A stretch of 64,000 bases of DNA from a virus (lineage: Duplodnaviria > Caudoviricetes). The notes beneath the pieces were generated by a model that worked only from the letters and a program-made list of their open reading frames with translations, had not been told where the DNA came from and searched no databases. The DNA lies in IMG/VR virus record IMGVR_UViG_3300010352_002815, positions 33,516 to 97,515 of that record; one strand, 5' to 3'. The translations under genes were made by a program, and so were the position numbers. Below, one piece after another: positions 31,111-40,664 of this stretch (within the stretch, counting starts at the first letter, position 1; each line of letters opens with the position of its first letter).

Positions 31111-32604
31111 TTACTCGTTAATTTTGCTATTTATAAAGTTTTTGGTAGCTCTTAACAAATCCATTACGAATGACTCAGTACAATGGTTGTTACGCCTATC
31201 GAAGCTCAAACCAATCCTGACTGTGGTCGAATTTGGCCACGCGTCCTTTACTGCTGAATGTCTTGATGTCGACCAAGTTCCGATGGTACATAAATTGGTG
31301 CCACGCCTTTCCTTGAGACCGTAATATTCGATAATAAACTGCTGTCTGAATTTAATATTTCCCCTAGTAAGCATCCTCTGGATCAATGCTTTTGCTTCTG
31401 GGTTCCAAGAATCCTTAAAAACCAACGTAGGCTCATAAAACTCTACTGGAACCTTTTTGATACGCCAAGCAGCCACTATTGACTCTGCAGGCTTAAAGGA
31501 TGTCCTACAGAAATTCCAATAATAAGTTGCCTGGGACTTTGACAAACCACCAACTCTAATATAGTCTTCAATGGTTGGGTTATTTCTATAAGTCATTTCC
31601 TGTTCATCGATAAACTTTCTTGTAAGGTTTTTAGCTAATTTCATGATTATGCATGATATAGCAGCATTCTGAAAGGTTGCCGCAGGGCACGTTCTGTATT
31701 CAAAACCGTGGGGCTGAACTCTAACTTGTCCTAATTCTCGATAGTCACTTCTAGCTTCTCCAGAAAGTCTCAAGGTTGGTCTACCAATAAAATCATCAAA
31801 TAGTTCAACTAATTTTGATGGAGGTTCGTAATTCATACCAACTCCGATATGGATATGTCCACCCAACGGATAATCATCGCCTCTATCCGTCAAATCATAA
31901 TTCGGATAGTCGACACTAAATTTCTTGATTAGGTTCCGAATGTTCTGAGTGACCTGAATAGGAGTTCCTGCATCTGGTCGGACTTCGACTTGATCACCTG
32001 ATCCATCAACTCCGATCTTAGTAGATGTATTTCCTTTAATGACTTCTTCCGCATTAATGATTTCGTTGTTTTCTAAATTAACTACCTCAAATTCTGGATC
32101 GCAACCTACCGTAATATCTCTTACAATTAATTTTTCAGAAGACTCATTACTAAGGGGTAACAACCCGAGTTCTCTAATTAACTCTGGCCAAATACTCTTA
32201 AAGATATTAGCACACATTGAATCGTGGGTAACATCCGAAAGTACTAATGCATTTTTATTGACCAAATAATAGCCAACTAACCTATCGTTGACTCTGATTT
32301 TAACCGCACAATCACTATCGTTTAACGAAGTTTCGAACCTAGTATTGGTTAGTTCAAAGAACACATTCGGTATCCTGCCCTCGTATGCAATGTTTACAGA
32401 CCGGACTTCTTTGACTTTTACAGTACCTGTTCCGAAAGCATATATCGAATTTGGCAGAATATAAGGTTCATTAGAATGTCTATAAACATCATGACTATGC
32501 CAATTATCAAAATACTCCTTAGTAGTTGGAATGATAGAAGGCATCCGTTCATTTAGTTCATTTCGCTGGGACTTCTTAATTGCTTGACCCTTAATAGTTT
32601 TCAT
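31111..32604 (-). CDS. phiEco32-like COOH-NH2 ligase (amidoligase) type 2
   Basis: VGCDPEFE, GVDG..QVEVRP, LGGHIHIG, QPHGFEYRT motifs. Confidence 0.85.
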   Translation of the reverse strand: MKTIKGQAIKKSQRNELNERMPSIIPTTKEYFDNWHSHDVYRHSNEPYILPNSIYAFGTGTVKVKEVRSVNIAYEGRIPNVFFELTNTRFETSLNDSDCAVKIRVNDRLVGYYLVNKNALVLSDVTHDSMCANIFKSIWPELIRELGLLPLSNESSEKLIVRDITVGCDPEFEVVNLENNEIINAEEVIKGNTSTKIGVDGSGDQVEVRPDAGTPIQVTQNIRNLIKKFSVDYPNYDLTDRGDDYPLGGHIHIGVGMNYEPPSKLVELFDDFIGRPTLRLSGEARSDYRELGQVRVQPHGFEYRTCPAATFQNAAISCIIMKLAKNLTRKFIDEQEMTYRNNPTIEDYIRVGGLSKSQATYYWNFCRTSFKPAESIVAAWRIKKVPVEFYEPTLVFKDSWNPEAKALIQRMLTRGNIKFRQQFIIEYYGLKERRGTNLCTIGTWSTSRHSAVKDAWPNSTTVRIGLSFDRRNNHCTESFVMDLLRATKNFINSKINE

Positions 32605-32627
32605 ATAATCACCTCTTTAAAAAAATA

Positions 32628-34208
32628 TTAGTTGAGTTCCCGTTCTCTCTGCTCAATTAATGACTTCACAACAGTGACTATTTCACGTACTAGACTGTTT
32701 GGAACGCCATATTTCCTGAGGTCATAACTTACACCAACGTTCAAATGACGATCTCCAGACCACTTACTCCGAACTGGCTCATAATATGATGCACCATCCA
32801 AATGCAACGTAGTCATCACGGAACCTCTTTCACGGGCAAGTCCATAAAAGGTCACAATATATTCATTGTCAACTTGAATGCCTTCTTCAAATACCCGGGT
32901 AAGGTTTTCACGATTTTCTGATGACCAATCATCGTGGAACTCCAATAAAGGTGTTCGAAGTGCCACAGTTCTTACCGGAGCAGGCTTAACTTTCCAGGAA
33001 GCTCTGATAGATGCTACCGGCTTATAATTGCCGCAGAACTGATGGAAATATTTTGCTTCGCGTTCAGATAGTCCGCCAGTCATTATGTAGTCTTGGACAG
33101 TAGGTACGTCATTATACATAATGTCTTCCTTGTTGAAGTACTTCTCGGAAAGGTTTTTGGTCAACTTGAATACAATATAAGTGATCATTGGATTCTGGAA
33201 GACACTTGCAGGACAAGACCTATATTCGATGCCGTGCGGCTGACTCCTTACCATTCCAAGGGCCTTATATGAACCTCTTGCTGTGCCAGACAAATCAATG
33301 GTAGGTCTACCAATAAAGTCATCCAACATCATAACGTAGTCTCTTGGAGCATCCATACGGTGACCTACACCAACATGAATATGACCGCCCAACGGGAATC
33401 TAGCACCTTCGTCAGTAAGGTCAAATTGATCCCATGTTTCGGAGAATTTCTTTACAAGGTGTCTGATGTTTTTGACTACTTGTTTTGGGGTGCCAGGTTG
33501 CGGTCTAAACTCAAGTTGAGCTGCTGCACCATCACAACCAATTTCAGTTGATGTATAGTCCCGAATTCCTAGGTTGGTGTCGGCTCTGATTACACGATTG
33601 TCCTTGGTAACTTCGAGTTCGGGATCTGCACCAACAGTAACCTCAATACGACTAGTTGTAATGCCTTTTCTCTTTTCCGCACCAATTGATTCTGGGTGTT
33701 CTGCTAGTCCAAGCAATCCAACCATTTGCGGGAACACATATTTCAGTATAATGGTTACATAGTGAATATGCCACGTCCACGCACCTACAATCCAGGAATT
33801 CTTGGTTGGTAAATAAAATCCTGCTCTGTATCCGTTGACGTTAATTTGAACTGCGTCAATAGAAGGTCCGTGATCACTCAATACGAAATTCTTGAGCTCT
33901 CCGAACATATTTGGATCATCCCTTTCGGGGTTCATGTGAGTGATTAGTTCTGGATAATTACCTGGAGCCCTGTCGTCATAAACAGTATTAATAGTTCGGA
34001 TTATATTTAGGTGGGCCTCACCACTTTCAGGATACATATACATAGTGTTTGGTCGGATAGTAGTAATATTATCTTCGACCCTAACTGCATGCACATAATC
34101 CTCGACTATATCTAACAACTCGCGACCATGCATTGGAATTCTACAATCAGAATTTCCTACTCTTTCTTCATCACGCGATACCGGGAACTTTCCTTTAAAA
34201 TGTTTCAA
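32628..34208 (-). CDS. phiEco32-like COOH-NH2 ligase type 2, tandem paralogue
   Basis: VGADPELE, GCDG..QLEFRP, LGGHIHVG, QPHGIEYRS motifs. Confidence 0.85.
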   Translation of the reverse strand: MKHFKGKFPVSRDEERVGNSDCRIPMHGRELLDIVEDYVHAVRVEDNITTIRPNTMYMYPESGEAHLNIIRTINTVYDDRAPGNYPELITHMNPERDDPNMFGELKNFVLSDHGPSIDAVQINVNGYRAGFYLPTKNSWIVGAWTWHIHYVTIILKYVFPQMVGLLGLAEHPESIGAEKRKGITTSRIEVTVGADPELEVTKDNRVIRADTNLGIRDYTSTEIGCDGAAAQLEFRPQPGTPKQVVKNIRHLVKKFSETWDQFDLTDEGARFPLGGHIHVGVGHRMDAPRDYVMMLDDFIGRPTIDLSGTARGSYKALGMVRSQPHGIEYRSCPASVFQNPMITYIVFKLTKNLSEKYFNKEDIMYNDVPTVQDYIMTGGLSEREAKYFHQFCGNYKPVASIRASWKVKPAPVRTVALRTPLLEFHDDWSSENRENLTRVFEEGIQVDNEYIVTFYGLARERGSVMTTLHLDGASYYEPVRSKWSGDRHLNVGVSYDLRKYGVPNSLVREIVTVVKSLIEQRERELN

Positions 34209-34244
34209 ACTCTTTCAACCTCCAAACTAAGCATTCAAAATGGA

Positions 34245-34287
34245 GTATTTATAGTTTTTGGTAATAATACACCAAAACTATTTATAC
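34245..34287. promoter_or_regulatory. Divergent pair of BRE-TATA promoters
   Basis: Minus TACCAAAAACTATAAATAC (34245-34263) and plus ACCAAAACTATTTATAC (34271-34287). Confidence 0.65.
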
Positions 34288-34309
34288 GTAAAGGTTATTA
34301 ATAACGATT

Positions 34310-34588
34310 ATGAGTAATTTAGAGGACTTAAAGCTTTTGGTAGAAAGCATAGAAAACCAAGATGTTAGCCTGGTAACAATGCGTTCTAAACCATCAGGAA
34401 AGCACAATACTAAATATACGATAGTGGTTTCAAGCAAAGAACCTAGAAACGATTTGAAAAATAACAATAAATCTAATAAGAAGCATACTAAAAAAGAAAG
34501 GATTGTATTAGAGCCCAAGCAACCTAAATGTCCAGTTGCTCCTCCTAGAACAGGCTTGGCAGAAATTACTTCAATTGGGAAGGTCTAA
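34310..34588 (+). CDS. Hypothetical early protein
   Basis: 92-aa leaderless ORF. Confidence 0.55.
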   Translation: MSNLEDLKLLVESIENQDVSLVTMRSKPSGKHNTKYTIVVSSKEPRNDLKNNNKSNKKHTKKERIVLEPKQPKCPVAPPRTGLAEITSIGKV

Positions 34589-34590
34589 AA

Positions 34591-34818
34591 ATGCCGTCGC
34601 TAAAAATCCCAGAAAATATTATTACTTTGTTGGATTCAACATCGGGCAAAAATATCAAAATATCTCAAGAGTTAGAACAACTAAAAAGAAACGGCTACCT
34701 AACCCAATATAAAGTCTGGGAATATTGTATTATTATAAGGAAAGATTCTACTGATGGGTTTTACGTAAAACCTAATGTACCATCAGACGATCCAGAACGA
34801 GTGATTTGCAAAGGGTGA
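34591..34818 (+). CDS. Small protein, paralogue of next gene
   Basis: IPENI...SGKNIKISQELE...YVKPN. Confidence 0.6.
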   Translation: MPSLKIPENIITLLDSTSGKNIKISQELEQLKRNGYLTQYKVWEYCIIIRKDSTDGFYVKPNVPSDDPERVICKG

Positions 34819-35063
34819 TTAGATTGTCTTTAATACCTTATAGTCTTAAAAAGCAACTCGAAAAATATTCTGGAAATCATATTCCAATTTCCACAGAACT
34901 AGAAAAGATGGCTAAAAGGGGCGAAATTGTTAAATATTCAGTACGGACATACTCAATATTTGTTTATGCTAAAAATGATGAAGAGTCTTATGTTTTACCA
35001 AATTCAAGTAGGACAAATTTCGGAGAAAGTAAACTCATTTGTCGGAATTGGGAATTGGATTGA
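34806..35063 (+). CDS. Small protein, paralogue of previous gene
   Basis: IPYSL...SGNHIPISTELE...YVLPN. Confidence 0.6.
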   Translation: MQRVIRLSLIPYSLKKQLEKYSGNHIPISTELEKMAKRGEIVKYSVRTYSIFVYAKNDEESYVLPNSSRTNFGESKLICRNWELD

Positions 35064-35169
35064 GATTTAATAACTTTTTCGCAACTAGGACAAATCCAAC
35101 GATCGCATTCATATAAAGTGTCGTGAATCGGACAATACAAATAACCCTTGATTTTGTCAACCATGTTAT

Positions 35170-35440
35170 ATAGTACCTACTATATTATCAAAAAGCTAAA
35201 ACCGTTATTAGCCTACTTTAGTATAGTTTTTAATAATTTTTACTATTACTACTAAAGTAATTGGCTTATTACTTTTATTAGTATTATTACTATATACTAT
35301 ATATATACTACTACTATTACTTATTATACTATATATTATACTATAAAATAGTATATAGTACTATAAAAAAGAAGAAAAATTTTTTAAAAATACGTCAAAT
35401 TATTAGTGGTATTATTATTATAAGTTATATTAAAATCGTT
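35170..35440. repeat. Non-coding, very AT-rich region with many TACTA/TAGTA units
   Basis: 8/60 GC in 35281-35340; lies between convergent genes. Confidence 0.6.
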
Positions 35441-35467
35441 TTCTAGAAAATCCTGGATGTTTTGACG

Positions 35468-35776
35468 CTACATGTCTTCGTCCTGCCCACCTTGCAAATT
35501 AAGAGACTCAATTATGGAAGTTGCTTTAGTCAAATCATCAACTAACAAAATAGGCTTTTCGTCTACAAAAACATTGACTCCTATAATGTCGTCTTCAATA
35601 GGAATATCAGGAAGTTCATCCTGGGCAACAACACTACTAATCAACAATATAACCATTATACTAAATATATTAAATGTTGACCCATAAAGATTTCGATACT
35701 TGAAGTAAGAATATAAAACAATTAAAAATATTAAAATTGCGCAACAAAACGTTACCAATAATATAAAGTCCATCAA
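35468..35776 (-). CDS. Membrane protein in lysis cassette
   Basis: Two hydrophobic segments and acidic tail. Confidence 0.45.
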   Translation of the reverse strand: MMDFILLVTFCCAILIFLIVLYSYFKYRNLYGSTFNIFSIMVILLISSVVAQDELPDIPIEDDIIGVNVFVDEKPILLVDDLTKATSIIESLNLQGGQDEDM

Positions 35777-35786
35777 ATCACAACTA

Positions 35787-36197
35787 TTATTTTAATACAT
35801 ATTGGATGTCAACGTATCTTCCGACAGCAACCATTATAGCAATTATGACTTGAATTGTTACAATTACAGCCGCGGCTCTTCCGTACCACGTCATTAGGAA
35901 TTCGACCTTCTTAACAGCACTTGCTACAATTTCTTCGAGCTTCTTAATAGCAGTTTTTAGGATGCCTATGTTATGTTCGCATTCAATATTATGAGCAGTA
36001 ACCACATCCTTAAGTTCTTGTAAGTCATTTGGTATGTCAGCACGCGCCTTTTTATAATCATCAAATTCTTGGACAGTCTTTATCATATCGGATTTGAATT
36101 TACAGATCTCGTTCATTTGGTCAATTAATTGTTTATTTGATGTTTCAATTCTGGCCACAGATGCTAGAATTTCAGCATAGATTTGGTCACCGCTCAT
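35787..36197 (-). CDS. Coiled-coil protein with C-terminal membrane anchor (lysis cassette)
   Basis: Heptad pattern plus one C-terminal TM helix. Confidence 0.55.
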   Translation of the reverse strand: MSGDQIYAEILASVARIETSNKQLIDQMNEICKFKSDMIKTVQEFDDYKKARADIPNDLQELKDVVTAHNIECEHNIGILKTAIKKLEEIVASAVKKVEFLMTWYGRAAAVIVTIQVIIAIMVAVGRYVDIQYVLK

Positions 36198-36227
36198 AAT
36201 AAGGTCCTTGAAATGCTATAAAAAAGA

Positions 36228-36983
36228 TTAAGTAAATGGTCGCTGGGTATTTTCAGTAGATGTACATTCTAATTGAGGTGTCTGGTTACTATTAATTTTG
36301 GAAACAGCATTTTGGATGGCTGTAATCAAACTACCTCTTGGATAGTTAGAATATTGTCGGATATACCTATTAGCATAATATGAGAATAGGCCTCGCACAA
36401 TACCATTTATATTGACTTCTACGGAAGTTTGATTATCACGTGAAGCAGTCCATAAAATGTGATTGAGGGTTGGCACAATAGTAGTCAATCGACTAATTGT
36501 CTTGACTTTTTTGCCAGCAGTTAACGGTCCGGGAATACAACGAGCGTTCAATAAAGGATTCGTTAGGTTTCGAGAGGCCGTTCCAGAATAGCAACTATCC
36601 AGGAAAATGTCTAATGTCACGTTAGCAGGCAATCCATTAAATAGAGTCCTTAGATCGTCGTCTATAATATATTGACCACTAAATACATCTACTGGACAAA
36701 TTACTTCATCGTATGAGTCTAATTCGTCACCTGACGTATCCACGATCTTAGAACCGTGTCCACTAAACGCAAATACTAGACTGTCTCCAGACGTTGCATT
36801 ACCTAATAACCAATTCAAGCCATTTAGGATGTTGGCTTTCGTGGCCATGCTATCCAACAAAATAGTATTAGTATAACCAAAAACGGTTAGCGTGGCATTC
36901 CAATCATTGGCATCATTCACGCAACCATTTAAAGGACTTTGTGGATAGGCATTAATGCCAACTATTAAAGCTTTTTTAGCCAT
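36228..36983 (-). CDS. Metacaspase (peptidase C14)
   Basis: KALIVGINAY, LNGCVNDA, FSGHG (His), DSCYSG (Cys), QTPQL motifs. Confidence 0.93.
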   Translation of the reverse strand: MAKKALIVGINAYPQSPLNGCVNDANDWNATLTVFGYTNTILLDSMATKANILNGLNWLLGNATSGDSLVFAFSGHGSKIVDTSGDELDSYDEVICPVDVFSGQYIIDDDLRTLFNGLPANVTLDIFLDSCYSGTASRNLTNPLLNARCIPGPLTAGKKVKTISRLTTIVPTLNHILWTASRDNQTSVEVNINGIVRGLFSYYANRYIRQYSNYPRGSLITAIQNAVSKINSNQTPQLECTSTENTQRPFT

Positions 36984-36995
36984 TCAACCTCGTAA

Positions 36996-37190
36996 TTAAA
37001 TATTATTATTAATGGTTTTTACAAAGAAGAACGTAAATCCTATCATTGCCAATTCTTTCATACCAGCAATAGAATTCGCATCTATGTTTGAATAGCACAT
37101 TATAATATAACCTATAAGGGCTACTAATGTTAAAATAAAGGTTCGAACGCCCTGAAGCTTGTAAGAACCTACTTGCATTGAATCTTCCAT
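36996..37190 (-). CDS. Holin-like two-TM protein
   Basis: 64 aa, two TM helices, directly upstream of the protease. Confidence 0.55.
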   Translation of the reverse strand: MEDSMQVGSYKLQGVRTFILTLVALIGYIIMCYSNIDANSIAGMKELAMIGFTFFFVKTINNNI

Positions 37191-37245
37191 AAAAGTCTTT
37201 TTTCTCCTATAAAGGTGGTTAAAAAATAATAATTACCTGATAGTG

Positions 37246-37599
37246 TTAATACACTTCAGGCGGCACCGGTTCCCCGGCCTTGCAGTAATCGCATCTGGCA
37301 TCGAAAGCCACACCAATCTTCCCAGGTGCTCGCCAGATATTGGCCATGAATTCAGTCTCGTTCACGCCTGAAGCCGCTACCGCCGAATTCCACTCTTCCA
37401 ACGACCACAGAATGAAATAGTTTTCATTCACGAAGGTGTACGCATTGGCAGGTAAATGGATACAACTAAGCATTCCAGTGCTGGTTCTGAGTTTTATCCA
37501 GTCTGTATTATTTTCGTAAGGTCCCACTTGTGTTGATAAAGCCATAGAAGGCATAATCATAGCTCCTAATATGTATAAAGCAATTAATATTTTTATCAT
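37246..37599 (-). CDS. Secreted protein
   Basis: Signal peptide MIKILIALYILGAMIMPSMA; ATGA overlap with upstream stop. Confidence 0.55.
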   Translation of the reverse strand: MIKILIALYILGAMIMPSMALSTQVGPYENNTDWIKLRTSTGMLSCIHLPANAYTFVNENYFILWSLEEWNSAVAASGVNETEFMANIWRAPGKIGVAFDARCDYCKAGEPVPPEVY

Positions 37600-39296
37600 A
37601 CGATAGTCACTACCCAAGGCTTAAAGCCTTCACCATAAAAATCTGTTTGAAGATCGGAAATTGCCGCATAGCCTGTTAATGGATCATGACGAGACGTACC
37701 TGCATTCCAAGACCAGTCGCTGTTGCTCGCGCCTTCTTCTGGCGGTTCGGTTCCTAGTGTGCCTGTTGGCGCGCCGATCCTGAGCACAATGTTGCTGGCA
37801 TAAGTATAGTTCGCCCTCGCACCCCATGCCGATAGCAAGACATCGGTATTCTGTTGAGCGGTCCATCCCATTGAATAAATCCTCAGATCGCGGATTGCCA
37901 CGAGATGGGCGATGCTGGCGGCGGCGAACGAGTTGGAATGCAAATGCGCATACTTCGTCGTTGCCGGGAGCGATGATAGACTACCAGTGAGTGCGGGGCA
38001 AGATTGTGCATAGATTTCTTCAAGGAACGCAGGTAGTTTGGATAGATCGCCGCTGATATAAGTATCCAAATATATGGATAGATATGTGATAGTCGATGGC
38101 AAATTTTCGATGGATTCAACGATATACGAATTTGTCCTAATGTTCAGTGAAGTAAGTTTTACAATCTTGCGGAGATTCTTGATTTGCGTAATGGCGTCGG
38201 TGTTGGCATCAATCGCCGTTATCGCCCCCAGGCCCGCCGAGCACCAGACCCTGCACTTGTGCGGCCCTGCGTAGCGATGAAATATGCCAGTAAAGCCGTT
38301 CATGCTCGGTGCATGAGTCGTGCCGGTGGTGACTATCGCAGGCAGGTCGTCCCACTGCCAGACACAAGTGCAGGATACCGATGTCTTGATCTCCGGGTCG
38401 CAGAGCGAGGTCGAACCATCGCCGGAGGAGCCGACTGTGGTTATCAGTGAGAGATCGGAGCACTTATGCCGCTTGATGTTGGAATTGGTGCTAGAGACGA
38501 CGCAGAGGGTAGCGCCATTTATGCCATCATCGGGAATGATGCAGAGGGAATAACCAGATGATGATATAACCGCAACATTGGGAGACGAAAACGACATATC
38601 GCGCTTTCTTAATGTACCATCGACCGCAACACTATACCAATACGATCCATCGGTGACAATATCCTGAATAGCAAACGCTACGTCATATTTAAATGAATAT
38701 GACAAATCAGACGCATTTAATACGACTACTCGGTTATTTGACGTGTCGCACACATACACACAATCCCCGTATTTTTTGATGCCCAACGGATTCGTGAATT
38801 GCCCGTCTCCCGTCCCGGTGGCCAACAAGCTCGCTACGACAGTCATATCCGACTTTCGGACTTTCCTAACTCCGTGACCATCGGTGGCATTGTTACTGGT
38901 AACGTAGCCGTAGGTGGAATCGGAGGCGAAGTCGATCATGCGGATATTGTTTAGTATATCAGTTCGCGCTACATAGTCACTGATGATTGTATTTGTCAGC
39001 AAAACTTTTGCAATTCGAGCAGTATTAGTGCAATATGAGTATGAATAAGTCGAATCCGAATCTATAGCAGTTTCTCCCTTCGAGTAATTTGTATCAAACC
39101 ATTTGGAATAAAAGGACAAATCCGGGTATCGCAGACCGATATATCCAGTTGATGAAGAATTTTGAACAACTAGCACTTTCACCAGCGCCGCGCTCCAATT
39201 GCATTGCTTCGGGGAAGAAAATTGGTCATCGACAGGGACGGATTCGGTGATCTGTAAATAGTTGCTACGCTTATCTAGTAAAAAATTTCGGAACAT
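37596..39296 (-). CDS. NHL beta-propeller plus leucine-rich-repeat protein (putative adhesin)
   Basis: GTGDGQFTNPLGI...VYVCDTSNNRV NHL repeat; ISGDLSKLP / LTGSLSSLP LRR-like repeats. Confidence 0.7.
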   Translation of the reverse strand: MFRNFLLDKRSNYLQITESVPVDDQFSSPKQCNWSAALVKVLVVQNSSSTGYIGLRYPDLSFYSKWFDTNYSKGETAIDSDSTYSYSYCTNTARIAKVLLTNTIISDYVARTDILNNIRMIDFASDSTYGYVTSNNATDGHGVRKVRKSDMTVVASLLATGTGDGQFTNPLGIKKYGDCVYVCDTSNNRVVVLNASDLSYSFKYDVAFAIQDIVTDGSYWYSVAVDGTLRKRDMSFSSPNVAVISSSGYSLCIIPDDGINGATLCVVSSTNSNIKRHKCSDLSLITTVGSSGDGSTSLCDPEIKTSVSCTCVWQWDDLPAIVTTGTTHAPSMNGFTGIFHRYAGPHKCRVWCSAGLGAITAIDANTDAITQIKNLRKIVKLTSLNIRTNSYIVESIENLPSTITYLSIYLDTYISGDLSKLPAFLEEIYAQSCPALTGSLSSLPATTKYAHLHSNSFAAASIAHLVAIRDLRIYSMGWTAQQNTDVLLSAWGARANYTYASNIVLRIGAPTGTLGTEPPEEGASNSDWSWNAGTSRHDPLTGYAAISDLQTDFYGEGFKPWVVTIV

Positions 39297-39303
39297 CTAG
39301 CCC

Positions 39304-40119
39304 TCAATTCAAAACAGATTTAGCAACTAACGTAAATTCGGTATTATTATCCAATGTTAATGATCCGCCTATCAATTCTAGTGCATAATATAATGACGTG
39401 GAACTTGCTCCGCACAAATAAGGTATCCTGACATCCATGTCTTGGGTACGAGAACAATCCGAACTAGCGGTATCAGCAGCAGTTGACATTGCAGGCATGT
39501 CGTAATAACCAATTCTCTTGGAAATGTCAGCATAAACTTCTTTCCATTGAGCATTGTCTGCAGACACAGTTGGCGCAGAATCATTAAAGAAATGAACACG
39601 AATAACTGGAGTGACTGACTTTTTGTTACAAGATAGCCTAAGCATTGTAATGGTTCCGCCTCTACCATTTGCCAATGCCATATTAGCAATCGTAGCTGCC
39701 GCAGAACCAGAAGCAGGTCCAATCCTGTCATAAGTTGTATATGCACCAGATGCTGTAGCAGGACCGGCTGTAGTTCCTGATCGAACTACTTGATTATAAC
39801 CACATGTCTTGCTAACGCCAGCAATTATACAACCGGCTAAATCAATTAAAAGATTCTTGGAACCTTTCAGAAGGCTAACGACTGTTCGCGAAGTCGCACT
39901 TTCGTCAACGGTATCTGAAGCCGCGGCATCCGTAGGTGCACCCATTGCAGCATTTGTCAAAACTTGGTTAGCCGACGTTGCTAAAGTAGCAGGATCAATA
40001 GATACAGTTATTTCACTGTCTACCTTTAATGTTCCTGTTCCATCGCCGTTATCCGTGGCTAATAAAGGTACAGCATCGCCGTCTGTATTAATAACACCGC
40101 ATACTGCTTTAGTGCCCAT
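39304..40119 (-). CDS. Putative virion protein
   Basis: Ala/Thr-rich; likely start MGTKAV. Confidence 0.5.
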   Translation of the reverse strand: MGTKAVCGVINTDGDAVPLLATDNGDGTGTLKVDSEITVSIDPATLATSANQVLTNAAMGAPTDAAASDTVDESATSRTVVSLLKGSKNLLIDLAGCIIAGVSKTCGYNQVVRSGTTAGPATASGAYTTYDRIGPASGSAAATIANMALANGRGGTITMLRLSCNKKSVTPVIRVHFFNDSAPTVSADNAQWKEVYADISKRIGYYDMPAMSTAADTASSDCSRTQDMDVRIPYLCGASSTSLYYALELIGGSLTLDNNTEFTLVAKSVLN

Positions 40120-40229
40120 GCGACTACCTGTAATAATTTTTGAAGTAATAAAAATCACTCTTAAATTTATTGAAATCTGTAATAGTAATATTTGACCAAT
40201 AAAATCAAATAACTGTGTTTTAATTGCCT

Positions 40230-40628
40230 TTATACGACATTTGTATAAGCATAATCATAACTTGGCGAAGATCCATAATTGGAAGATCTTACACTCACGA
40301 TAATATCAGTATATGGATCACCAAAATAAAAATTACTAACGCTAGCATAATCAATGAAATCATTATACTCATTGACTAAAATATCATCATTATATAGCTC
40401 AATAGAATATTCCAATGAATATACTGCGTCTGTGTTCTCTACCGTAATAGATTTCGGTCCAAGTCCTTCACAGTCCCAATTAAGTATTTCTACCCAAGCA
40501 TTAGTCGGACTTGGAGCTGGAGTATAAGGAGCAGAATACGGGTCATTAGGAACGTGCCCATCCTCTAAAAAAGCCAAATACTCATTATAGGATATTGTAC
40601 CTTTTCGGTAAGCGTCCTTTAACCGCAT
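40230..40628 (-). CDS. Late protein with N-terminal AYRxG module and beta-sandwich
   Basis: MRLKDAYRKGTISYNEYLAFLEDGH, Pro-rich linker, beta domain. Confidence 0.6.
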   Translation of the reverse strand: MRLKDAYRKGTISYNEYLAFLEDGHVPNDPYSAPYTPAPSPTNAWVEILNWDCEGLGPKSITVENTDAVYSLEYSIELYNDDILVNEYNDFIDYASVSNFYFGDPYTDIIVSVRSSNYGSSPSYDYAYTNVV

Positions 40629-40664
40629 GTCAAACTCCTTATAAATTGTTTTAAAAAATTATTT

